A stretch of 64,000 nucleotides of DNA, from contig CAAFLX010000037.1 in assembly GCA_900763875.1 (NCBI GenBank), positions 20,607 through 84,606 of the forward strand, read 5' to 3'. A program made the translations under genes and the position numbers. Source of the stretch: Clostridia bacterium. Lineage in GTDB: Bacteria; Bacillota; Clostridia; Christensenellales; CAG-917. Each line of letters starts with the position of its first letter. Positions within the stretch are counted from its first letter, which is position 1. This document shows, piece after piece, positions 53,970-61,995 of this stretch. The notes under the pieces are model-generated. The model had not been told where the DNA came from and searched no databases. It worked only from the letters and a program-made list of their open reading frames with translations.

Positions 53970-55469
53970 ATGAGTGAAAAAATGACAAAATTCAAAAGCA
54001 CGTTTTTGTCCGTGCAAGAGGGTGTGCGTAAATTTTCGTACACCGATTGGTATATTTTGCTTGTTTTGGCAATCGGCGTAACCGGCTGGGCGTTGAAAAA
54101 TGCCGTGGTCGGATTTGTGGGTATGGTGCTTGTATCGAGCGTCGTGTTGGTGCTGTCCGACGACTTGCTCCCGCTCACCGTCAACGCTTTCGGCGCGATG
54201 TTGATGATATACACCGACAAACTCGACGAGTTTTTGAAAATGTGGCCGTCACTGATTGTGCTTGTGATTGCAATCGTCATATTCGTGGTGAGAAACGCCG
54301 TTGCCAAAGTCAAACGCAAAGATCGCTTTGTGTTTGGAAAGATGTTCTTCCCGCAAATCGCAATCAGCATTGCGCTGCTCTTGGGCGGTATCGGCACGAT
54401 TGCGGTCGATAGATACGTTGCGTCCCTGCCCAACGTCCTTGCGCTCGGCATTGGCGTGCTTGCAATCTATCTGCTCTTTGCCAACTTCATAAAGAGAAAT
54501 GATGAAATCGACTATGCAAAATACTTTGCAAAAGTGCTTATGTGGATTGGCTTTGCCGTCAGCATTCAGCTTTGCGTCGTCATTGCAAAATCGGGTATTG
54601 CGCCAAACGAGTGGGCAAAGGCGTATTGGAACGTCGGTTGGGGCAACCGCAACAATATCGCCACGTTCTTTCTGCTCACTGCGCCTATGGCTCTTTACCT
54701 CTCGACAAGGACGAGAAGGGGCTGGGCGTATATCCTTATGGCGTTTTGGCAGTACGCTTGCCTTATCATGACTTTGTCAAGGGGCGGAATCCTGTTCGGT
54801 CTTATCGCGCTCGTGTTCGGCGTGGCGTTTTCGATATATAAAGCTCCGTGCAAAAAGCATCAACTGATTTGCTTTGCCATTTGCGCCGTTGTGATTATCA
54901 TTGTCGGCATCGTGTTCAGAGACGGCGTGAAGGGCGTTATAAAGAGCCTTATGGACAGAGTCAACGGCGGACACGAAGGCGATTTGTCGTCGGGTAGACT
55001 CGACTTGTACAAGGAGGCATGGGAGCAGTTTAAGGCGCATCCCTTCCTCGGTGTGGGTATGGGCTTTATCGGCAAAGTGTGGATAACAAACGATATGGCG
55101 CAATACTGGTTTCACTCCACCTTCTTCCAAGTGCTTGCGTGTATGGGCATCGTCGGCATTGTCGCTTACACTTATTACTACGTCGTGCGCATCGGCTTTT
55201 GCATCAAAATGATGAAACAACAATTCAGATTTGCATTCTTCGTGTTTGTCGCGTGGGTGGGCTTTGAGGGCTACTCGATGATTGACACCGGCACGATGAG
55301 CCCGTTCCCGTATATGATGCTCGTTGCGGTTATGACCTGTATCTTGGAGCTTTCCTGCCAAAACAGAAACCACGAAACCGACGTCAACGGCATCAAGGAC
55401 AGATTGCTTGAAGAAAGATACGTGCGTGACGTCGGAATCGATATCGTGCGTGCAAAAAGCGTTGATTGA
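53970..55469 (+). CDS. O-antigen ligase/polymerase-like (Wzy_C domain) membrane protein
   Basis: About 12 TM helices. LSRGGILFGL and SGRLDLYKEAW..F..HPFLGVGMG motifs. Confidence 0.75.
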   Translation: MSEKMTKFKSTFLSVQEGVRKFSYTDWYILLVLAIGVTGWALKNAVVGFVGMVLVSSVVLVLSDDLLPLTVNAFGAMLMIYTDKLDEFLKMWPSLIVLVIAIVIFVVRNAVAKVKRKDRFVFGKMFFPQIAISIALLLGGIGTIAVDRYVASLPNVLALGIGVLAIYLLFANFIKRNDEIDYAKYFAKVLMWIGFAVSIQLCVVIAKSGIAPNEWAKAYWNVGWGNRNNIATFFLLTAPMALYLSTRTRRGWAYILMAFWQYACLIMTLSRGGILFGLIALVFGVAFSIYKAPCKKHQLICFAICAVVIIIVGIVFRDGVKGVIKSLMDRVNGGHEGDLSSGRLDLYKEAWEQFKAHPFLGVGMGFIGKVWITNDMAQYWFHSTFFQVLACMGIVGIVAYTYYYVVRIGFCIKMMKQQFRFAFFVFVAWVGFEGYSMIDTGTMSPFPYMMLVAVMTCILELSCQNRNHETDVNGIKDRLLEERYVRDVGIDIVRAKSVD

Positions 55470-55504
55470 TATTGACAAAAGAGGACTTTGGACTCAATAC
55501 AAAT

Positions 55505-55532
55505 AAAAAAAGACGCGGTTGCGTCTTTTTTT
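55505..55532. terminator. bidirectional terminator between convergent genes
   Basis: AAAAAAAGACGC / GCGTCTTTTTTT, loop GGTT. Confidence 0.85.
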
Positions 55533-55582
55533 GTGCAGTTTTAATTTAAGATAAGTTGCCGCCACAACGCTTTTTGATAGGC

Positions 55583-56458
55583 TTATTCGGACAATGGTTT
55601 CAAAAAGTCGAGGATATATTCGACGGTGAGGGTGCGTTGAGATTGGCGTTGCAAGGAAGTTGTTGCGTCAAAATCGGCTTGATAGTTGGGCAGCTTGAAA
55701 GGCACGTCGTTTGCGTTGTCTATGTTCGTAAAGCCTAGGTGCGTGCCAAACTCGATTGTCTTTTTTGTGCAAGCGGCAGGCATTCTTGAAAGCGAGTCGG
55801 CAATTTGAGCTTGCGTCAAAACTTTGTCCGAATCGCCGTTGAGCAAAAGGGTGGGCAAGGTTGAATTTGCAAGAGTGTCGGGCTCAAAAATATTGTTGCC
55901 GTTTTCGTCCTTTTTCGGGTTTCCGTCCTCGTCAAAGACTTGGTGGCGGTCGCCAACGGGGGCGAGAAGTATTGCGCCCGATAGGTCTTGCGTTTCGCTT
56001 GCGCGCCGCAATGCCGCAGCACCGCCTTGCAAAGAGTGTCCGCCGACGAAAAACTTGACGTTCTGATATTGCTCAAACGCTTTTTCGGTCGGGGCATAGT
56101 TGAGTAATGCGGACTTGTCCTTGCTCACGACAACGAGATAGCCTTGCTTTGCAAGAGCGTTGCCAAGATATGAATACTCGTTTGCGTCGATGTTCAAGCC
56201 CGTGTAAAAAACAATGCCGTAGCGGTAGTTCACCTTTGTATAGGTCATGCCGCTGTCGTTGTAGATCGGGTTGAGAATCGGCTCGAAAACGAGATAATCG
56301 TCGGTGTTTGAGGTTTTGATTTGAAACTCGTTGGCTAGTTGATAGTTGACGTCAACGGGTTTTTGTTCGCCTTTGTTGCACGCAAAAAGACAAAAGGACG
56401 TCAAAAGTAAGACGAGCAACACGGAGATAGTGGATATTTTTGAGCTTTTGTCTTTCAT
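55583..56458 (-). CDS. lipoprotein, alpha/beta-hydrolase fold
   Basis: Lipobox LFAC. Nucleophile elbow GGHSLQG. AAAGGTG precedes ATG 56458; the track start is GTG 56464. Confidence 0.65.
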   Translation of the reverse strand: MKDKSSKISTISVLLVLLLTSFCLFACNKGEQKPVDVNYQLANEFQIKTSNTDDYLVFEPILNPIYNDSGMTYTKVNYRYGIVFYTGLNIDANEYSYLGNALAKQGYLVVVSKDKSALLNYAPTEKAFEQYQNVKFFVGGHSLQGGAAALRRASETQDLSGAILLAPVGDRHQVFDEDGNPKKDENGNNIFEPDTLANSTLPTLLLNGDSDKVLTQAQIADSLSRMPAACTKKTIEFGTHLGFTNIDNANDVPFKLPNYQADFDATTSLQRQSQRTLTVEYILDFLKPLSE

Positions 56459-56680
56459 ATGCACCTTTCATTGTCCCATAGTATAGCCTATTTTTGTTCG
56501 ATATAGCATAGTCGATTTTTGCTCGATACTATGCGAAAACGGGACGGTTTTCGCTTGTTGTGATTGCGTGTTTTGCTTTTTTTCAAAAGTATTTTTTTGC
56601 AAAATACGCCTTGTTTTTGCCAAGCGAGCATATTATAGCACAAGCTCAAAAATATTTCCATAGCATTTTTGAATATATGA

Positions 56681-56689
56681 TGTTATAAT
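56681..56689 (+). promoter_or_regulatory. extended -10 element placed for a leaderless mRNA
   Basis: TGtTATAAT 56681-56689. ATG 56696 is 7 nt past the -10. No SD. Confidence 0.45.
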
Positions 56690-56695
56690 CAAAGT

Positions 56696-58180
56696 ATGAA
56701 GAAGAAAATCAAGAGTTTTTTTGCAGGACTTAGAAAAGGTTTTTGCGCCTCCGACGTCAAAAAACACGACGAGGCTAGCCTTGCTGCGCTCCTAATCAAG
56801 CACGACGACGACAAAATCGTGCCTTTCCATATGCCCGGGCATAAGCGCGCGGACTTCGACTATTTGTACGGCGCGCAAAAACTCGACATAACCGAAATCG
56901 ACGGCTTTGACAACCTCAACGACGCAAACGGAGTTATTCTCGAATCGGAAAAGCTCGCCGCCGAGGTCTTTTCGGTGAAGCACGCAAGATTTTTGGTCAA
57001 CGGCAGCACGAGCGGCATACTTGCAGGCATTCGCTCCGTTTGCAAAGAGGGAGATACAATCCTCGTTGCGAGAAACTGCCACAAGTCGGTGTACAACGCC
57101 GTGGAGCTTTTCGGGCTGAAACCCGTCTACGTTATGCCGACCTATTTCGAGGAGTTCGGCTTTTACGGCTCGGTGTACCCCGAAAGTGTAAAAGAGGCGT
57201 TTGCGAGCAATCCCGACATCAAGGCAGTTGTCATAACCTCTCCGACGTATGAGGGGATAATAAGCGACATAAAATCCATTGCGGATATTTGCCATAAACA
57301 CGGCGCAATACTGTTTGTTGACGAGGCGCACGGCGCGCACTTGGGGCTTTGCAAAAAGTTTCACGACAGCGCAAGAACACTCGGCGCGGATATCGTCGTA
57401 AACAGCTTGCACAAAACCATGCCCTCGCTCACGCAAACTGCACTCTTGTCGGTGTGCAGCGATAGGGTGGACATCGCAAGCGTTGACAAGAATCTGTCGG
57501 TGTTTCAAACAAGCTCGCCCTCATACGTGCTTATGGCGTCCATTGACGGGTGCGTGCGTATGCTCAAAAACGACGGCGCGCAAGTGCTTGCCGATTGGAG
57601 CAGAAATTTGGATATAAGCAAATTGTCCCTGTCAAGGCTCAAAAAACTCTCGATTTTCGACCATAAAAAGGACGGCAGAGTGTTTGCCTACGACAAGTCA
57701 AAACTCGTGATTTTGTGCACGGGCGGAGCGATAAGCGGGGTTGAGCTAAAAAAGATTTTGCGCAACGTCTACAATATCGAGCTTGAAATGGCGGGGGTGA
57801 ACTATGCAATCGCAATGAGCGGAGCAGGGGATTCGAGGGAGAATTTTTCCGCTCTTGAAGACGCGCTTTTTGCCATTGACGATACACTGTCAAACCGCAA
57901 CGGCTTGACAAAGACGATTGTGCCGATTTTGCCACAACAAGCACTTGAACCATGCAAAACGAGTGCGTTAAGTGGCGAATACGTTGATTTTGACAAATCG
58001 GCAGGGCGCATAAGTCTTGAAAACGTGTGGGCGTATCCCCCCGGCTCGCCCATCATTGTCAAGGGCGAAATCATATGCGTCGAGGACGTGAAAAACCTCA
58101 CTCTTATGTATGAGAGCGGTGTGAGCGTTTCAAGCGAAAACCGCCGTTTCCCCTCAAAAATATTCGTTGCTGAAAAATAG
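56696..58180 (+). CDS. Orn/Lys/Arg decarboxylase-family PLP enzyme
   Basis: FHMPGHK, DEAHGAH, SLHKT (PLP lysine) motifs. Confidence 0.8.
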   Translation: MKKKIKSFFAGLRKGFCASDVKKHDEASLAALLIKHDDDKIVPFHMPGHKRADFDYLYGAQKLDITEIDGFDNLNDANGVILESEKLAAEVFSVKHARFLVNGSTSGILAGIRSVCKEGDTILVARNCHKSVYNAVELFGLKPVYVMPTYFEEFGFYGSVYPESVKEAFASNPDIKAVVITSPTYEGIISDIKSIADICHKHGAILFVDEAHGAHLGLCKKFHDSARTLGADIVVNSLHKTMPSLTQTALLSVCSDRVDIASVDKNLSVFQTSSPSYVLMASIDGCVRMLKNDGAQVLADWSRNLDISKLSLSRLKKLSIFDHKKDGRVFAYDKSKLVILCTGGAISGVELKKILRNVYNIELEMAGVNYAIAMSGAGDSRENFSALEDALFAIDDTLSNRNGLTKTIVPILPQQALEPCKTSALSGEYVDFDKSAGRISLENVWAYPPGSPIIVKGEIICVEDVKNLTLMYESGVSVSSENRRFPSKIFVAEK

Positions 58181-58220
58181 AATTTTCAAAACCGCACAAT
58201 CGGCAATGAGATAAATTGCC

Positions 58221-58249
58221 TTGACAAAGAGGGTATAAGTCAATATAAT
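58221..58249 (+). promoter_or_regulatory. consensus promoter of the SCIFF locus
   Basis: TTGACA 58221-58226, 17-nt spacer, TATAAT 58244-58249. Confidence 0.65.
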
Positions 58250-58279
58250 GTGTTTATCAATAGTAAGGAGTCGTAAAAA

Positions 58280-58426
58280 ATGAAAAGAATCACAACTTTG
58301 AAAACGCGCGATCTCAACGAAAGCAAAAAGAACGGCGGCTGCGGCGAATGCCAAACCTCTTGCCAATCTGCTTGCAAAACTTCTTGCGGCGTTGCAAACC
58401 AAAAGTGCGAAAAGGCTGCAAAGTAA
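58280..58426 (+). CDS. scfA: six-cysteine ranthipeptide precursor SCIFF, 48 aa (below ORF-track cut-off)
   Basis: TAAGGAG upstream. MKRITTLKTRDLNESKKNGGCGECQTSCQSACKTSCGVANQKCEKAAK matches the SCIFF core GGCGECQTSCQSACKTSC with six Cys. Confidence 0.95.
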   Translation: MKRITTLKTRDLNESKKNGGCGECQTSCQSACKTSCGVANQKCEKAAK

Positions 58427-58457
58427 GTTATATCATCAACAATGTTTTTGCAAAGAT

Positions 58458-58483
58458 CGCCTAGTTAATCTAGGCGTTTTTTG
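58458..58483 (+). terminator. terminator/attenuator between scfA and scfB
   Basis: CGCCTAG 58458-58464 / CTAGGCG 58470-58476, then TTTTTT. Confidence 0.75.
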
Positions 58484-58572
58484 TGTGAAAACAACGCTCT
58501 GCGCCGCCGCATTTTTTGCGGTTGCAAACGTAAATAAATCTAGATTATCAAACGAAAAAGGCATAAAATCAA

Positions 58573-59952
58573 ATGATTCATTCTTTCAAACTTAACGGAT
58601 ACAACATCGTGCTTGACACGGCAAGCGGAAGCGTGCATAGCGTGGACGACGTGGCTTTCGACGTGATAAACGCCTATGAAAACACAAAAAACGAGCAAAT
58701 CGTCAAAGACGTCTCTGCAAAGTATAAAGACCAAGGCGTTTGCGAGCAAGATATAATCGAGTGTATCGAGGACGTGGAGGAGTTGAAGGCGAGCGGAAAA
58801 CTCTTTTCGACGGACAACTTCAAGCCCGACGTCGAAGTGCTTGCAAAGCGCAACACCGTGCTAAAAGCAATGTGTTTGCACGTTGCTCACACTTGCAACC
58901 TTAACTGCGAATACTGCTTTGCATCGCAAGGCAAATATCACGGCGAGCGCGCGCTGATGTCATATGAGGTGGGAAAGCGCGCCCTCGATTTCCTTGTGGA
59001 AAACAGCGGTACGCGCCGCAATCTCGAAGTGGACTTTTTCGGTGGCGAACCGCTTATGAATTGGCAGGTCGTAAAAGACCTCGTGGCGTATGCGCGCAGC
59101 ATAGAAAAAGAGCACGGCAAAAATTTCCGCTTCACTCTCACAACAAACGGTATGCTGGTTGACGACGACGTGATTGAGTTTGCCAACAAAGAAATGGACA
59201 ACGTTGTGCTGTCCCTCGACGGCAGAAAGGAGATAAACGACCACTTCCGTCATACAATCGGCGGAGTGGGAAGCTATGATGTAATCGTGCCGAAATTCCA
59301 AAAATTCGTCAAGGCGAGAGGGGGCAAAAACTACTATATGCGTGGCACGTTCACCCACAGAAACCCCGACTTTACAAAGGATATCCAAACTATGCTCGAC
59401 CTCGGTTTCGACGAGCTGAGTATGGAGCCTGTCGTGTGTCCGCCAACCGACAAATACGCACTCACCGAGGACGACAAAAAGGTGGTTTTCAAAGAGTATG
59501 AGAAACTTGCCGATATGATGATTGAAAGAAGAAAACAGGGCAAGCCTTTCACTTTCTACCACTATATGCTCGATTTGGAAGGCGGCCCGTGCATCTACAA
59601 GCGCATCTCCGGTTGCGGCAGCGGCACGGAATATCTTGCCGTCACCCCCACGGGCGAGTTGTATCCCTGCCACCAATTTGTGGGCAACAAGGACTATCTT
59701 ATGGGCGATATTTGGACGGGAGTCGTCAGAGATGACATTCAATCCAAATTCAAAAAATGCAATGCTTATTCTAGAAAGGAGTGCGACGATTGCTGGGCAA
59801 GACTGTATTGTTCGGGCGGTTGCGCGGCAAACGCATACAACGCAACGGGGGACGTAAACGGCGTGTACAAGTATGGTTGCGACCTCTTCAAAAAGCGTAT
59901 CGAATGTGCGATTATGCTCAAAGTTGACGAGCAACTTGCAGAGGAAAAGTGA
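58573..59952 (+). CDS. scfB: radical SAM/SPASM thioether-forming SCIFF maturase
   Basis: CNLNCEYC radical SAM cluster, C-terminal Cys-rich SPASM region (CGSG...C..C....C.GGC). Immediately downstream of scfA. Confidence 0.9.
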   Translation: MIHSFKLNGYNIVLDTASGSVHSVDDVAFDVINAYENTKNEQIVKDVSAKYKDQGVCEQDIIECIEDVEELKASGKLFSTDNFKPDVEVLAKRNTVLKAMCLHVAHTCNLNCEYCFASQGKYHGERALMSYEVGKRALDFLVENSGTRRNLEVDFFGGEPLMNWQVVKDLVAYARSIEKEHGKNFRFTLTTNGMLVDDDVIEFANKEMDNVVLSLDGRKEINDHFRHTIGGVGSYDVIVPKFQKFVKARGGKNYYMRGTFTHRNPDFTKDIQTMLDLGFDELSMEPVVCPPTDKYALTEDDKKVVFKEYEKLADMMIERRKQGKPFTFYHYMLDLEGGPCIYKRISGCGSGTEYLAVTPTGELYPCHQFVGNKDYLMGDIWTGVVRDDIQSKFKKCNAYSRKECDDCWARLYCSGGCAANAYNATGDVNGVYKYGCDLFKKRIECAIMLKVDEQLAEEK

Positions 59953-60186
59953 CAAAACCACTCAATCGAATATCCGAATCGCAAGACGATTTTGCGCCGA
60001 ATATGCGGCGACAATTCAAAAAGTTTTGCGCTGAAACACGGTATGCAGTCGATAAATTATCGATTGCATATTTTTTATTTTTGAAATGCGCGGGATTTAT
60101 CGATATTTGCATTTATATCGATATTTCGTTGACTTTTGTGGGTGAAAAGGAGTATATTTTTATCGAATTGTAAAAAGAGGTGACTT

Positions 60187-60837
60187 ATGACAGTAACAAA
60201 AGACAACAAAGAAATATCAAAGGCGACGCTCAACAGACTGCCGTCCTATCTCAAATATTTGTACCAACTCGACAAACTCAACGTTGCAACCGTGTCAAGC
60301 ACCACCATTGCAAACGGCTTGAATCTCAACCCCGTGCAAGTGCGCAAGGATATCGCGCTCGTATCCTCGGTGGCAGGCAAGCCGAAAATGGGCTACGTTA
60401 CAAAGGAAATCATTGCCGACCTTGAAAGTTTCTTGGGCTACAACAACACGCATGACGCGGTTTTGGTGGGCGTGGGCGGACTCGGAAAAGCGTTTCTCGG
60501 CTACGGCGGTTTTGAAAACTACGGCTTGAATATCGTGGCGGCTTTTGACAACAGCGACAGGGTTGTCAACACCAAAATCAACGGCAAACCCGTCTATGAC
60601 GTTGCCAAACTCAAAGAGATTGTTGAGAGATTCAACATTCAAATCGGCATCATAACCGTGCCCTCGTACGCGGCGCAAGAAGTTGCCGACAGAATGGTGA
60701 GCGCAGGCATAAAAGCCATTTGGAACTTTGCCTCCGTCCACCTCAACATACCCTCGAACGTTGCGCTCAAAAATGAAGACCTGGCGTCGTCGCTTGCGCT
60801 TTTGTCACTGCAAATTCAACAGACGAGAAACGACTGA
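60187..60837 (+). CDS. rex: redox-sensing transcriptional repressor Rex
   Basis: ATLNRLPSYLKYL wHTH N-terminus and Rossmann VGVGGLGKA. Confidence 0.9.
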   Translation: MTVTKDNKEISKATLNRLPSYLKYLYQLDKLNVATVSSTTIANGLNLNPVQVRKDIALVSSVAGKPKMGYVTKEIIADLESFLGYNNTHDAVLVGVGGLGKAFLGYGGFENYGLNIVAAFDNSDRVVNTKINGKPVYDVAKLKEIVERFNIQIGIITVPSYAAQEVADRMVSAGIKAIWNFASVHLNIPSNVALKNEDLASSLALLSLQIQQTRND

Positions 60838-60866
60838 TTTTTGCGCAAAAGCAAGTTTACGCACTC

Positions 60867-60893
60867 AAAAACAAGCGATAAACGCTTGTTTTT
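60867..60893 (+). terminator. rex terminator
   Basis: AAAAACAAGCG / CGCTTGTTTTT with a 5-nt loop. Confidence 0.8.
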
Positions 60894-61026
60894 GCATTTA
60901 TACGGCAAAATTAAAAAGCAAAAAAATACAAGATTCGTCTTGAAAATCTGCGTTGAAAAACTCAAAAACGAGCAAGTTTTTCGCGCCTAGAATCAAACAA
61001 GTATATCGTGAGATTTGCAAAAAATA

Positions 61027-61055
61027 TTGCTATATTTCTAATAATATGCTAAAAT
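61027..61055 (+). promoter_or_regulatory. putative promoter of the 61081-uvrB operon
   Basis: TTGCTA 61027-61032, 17-nt spacer, TGcTAAAAT (-10 at 61050-61055). Confidence 0.5.
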
Positions 61056-61080
61056 TTTAGGAAGAATAAGGAGAACGGTT

Positions 61081-61515
61081 ATGCTTTCATTGGAATGCCA
61101 AACAGTGTACGACCTCATCCGCCAACTCGCAGGCGAAGAGGAGGTGTACAAAATCATCGAAGCGGATGAAATCATCGAGAGATTGCCCGCCGGCTTGCCT
61201 CTTTCAAAGGTGCAACTGTCGGCAATCATAAGAGAGTTGAAAGACAGAGAATACATTCTCGTCAAGTATTTCACGCCCGACGAATATTGTTTGAGCGTTC
61301 TAAAGCGTATCGAGGAAGTGCCAAAGCCCGTAGCTCAACCCGTCGAGGAAGAGGAAGAGCAACCAAAAGAGCGCACTCTCTATCAAGAAAAGACGACCAA
61401 AAACAAGCCCGAAAAAACGGGCAAAGGCTTGCTGTTTGCAATGTCCTTGCTCGGCTCGCTTATCGGCAGCGCAATCGTTGCAATCGTCACGGTGCTCGTT
61501 ATCAAATTTTTGTAA
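61081..61515 (+). CDS. tail-anchored protein with putative winged-helix-like N-domain
   Basis: AAGGAG upstream. About 80-aa helical N-domain, acidic/Pro linker, C-terminal TM helix LLGSLIGSAIVAIVTVLVI. Confidence 0.6.
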   Translation: MLSLECQTVYDLIRQLAGEEEVYKIIEADEIIERLPAGLPLSKVQLSAIIRELKDREYILVKYFTPDEYCLSVLKRIEEVPKPVAQPVEEEEEQPKERTLYQEKTTKNKPEKTGKGLLFAMSLLGSLIGSAIVAIVTVLVIKFL

Positions 61516-61590
61516 GCATAAATAAGTCGATAAAAATTGAACGTTTTATCGGCCGAATATCAAAAACAATATAGGTTTCAGAGGCGCAAA

Positions 61591-61995
61591 ATGCAGGTGC
61601 AAATTGAAAGACAACACGTCTTGACAAAAAAAGAAAAAGCGGTGATGAGAGTCATCTATCAAGAGGCGGACAAACAAAACGGCTCTTGTCTTATCACGCC
61701 TATCGAGATTTTTGAGAAGATTCCGCTTGACGTGCCTATCGGCGAGGACGAGCTTGACACGACTTTGCGCAACCTCGAAATCGACGACTATTTCGACGTT
61801 ACGCGCTCGGACAAGAAGGGCGAGCTTGTTTATTGCATCAATATGCAAAAGAAGGGCTTGCAATTTGCAAGAGTGGAGCGCGCTTTCAAGAGCAACCTCA
61901 TTTTCAAGATTTTGCTCACGCTGGGGCTTAGCGTCGTGACGGCACTCATCGGCGTCGGCATACGTCAGCTTGTATACTTTTTGTTGGGACGATGA
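61591..61995 (+). CDS. tail-anchored paralogue of the preceding protein
   Basis: ATG 61591 after AGAGG. Same architecture, with C-terminal [20 protein letters not shown]. The stop overlaps the uvrB ATG (ATGA). Confidence 0.6.
   Translation: MQVQIERQHVLTKKEKAVMRVIYQEADKQNGSCLITPIEIFEKIPLDVPIGEDELDTTLRNLEIDDYFDVTRSDKKGELVYCINMQKKGLQFARVERAFKSNLIFKILLTLGLSVVTALIGVGIRQLVYFLLGR

Noticed and set aside
60960-61080. LexA (Cheo-type CGAAC-N4-GTTCG) box upstream of the uvrB-containing operon.
   Set aside because: The nearest candidate, CGAGCAAGTTTTTCG, does not fit the spacing or half-sites. No convincing box was seen.
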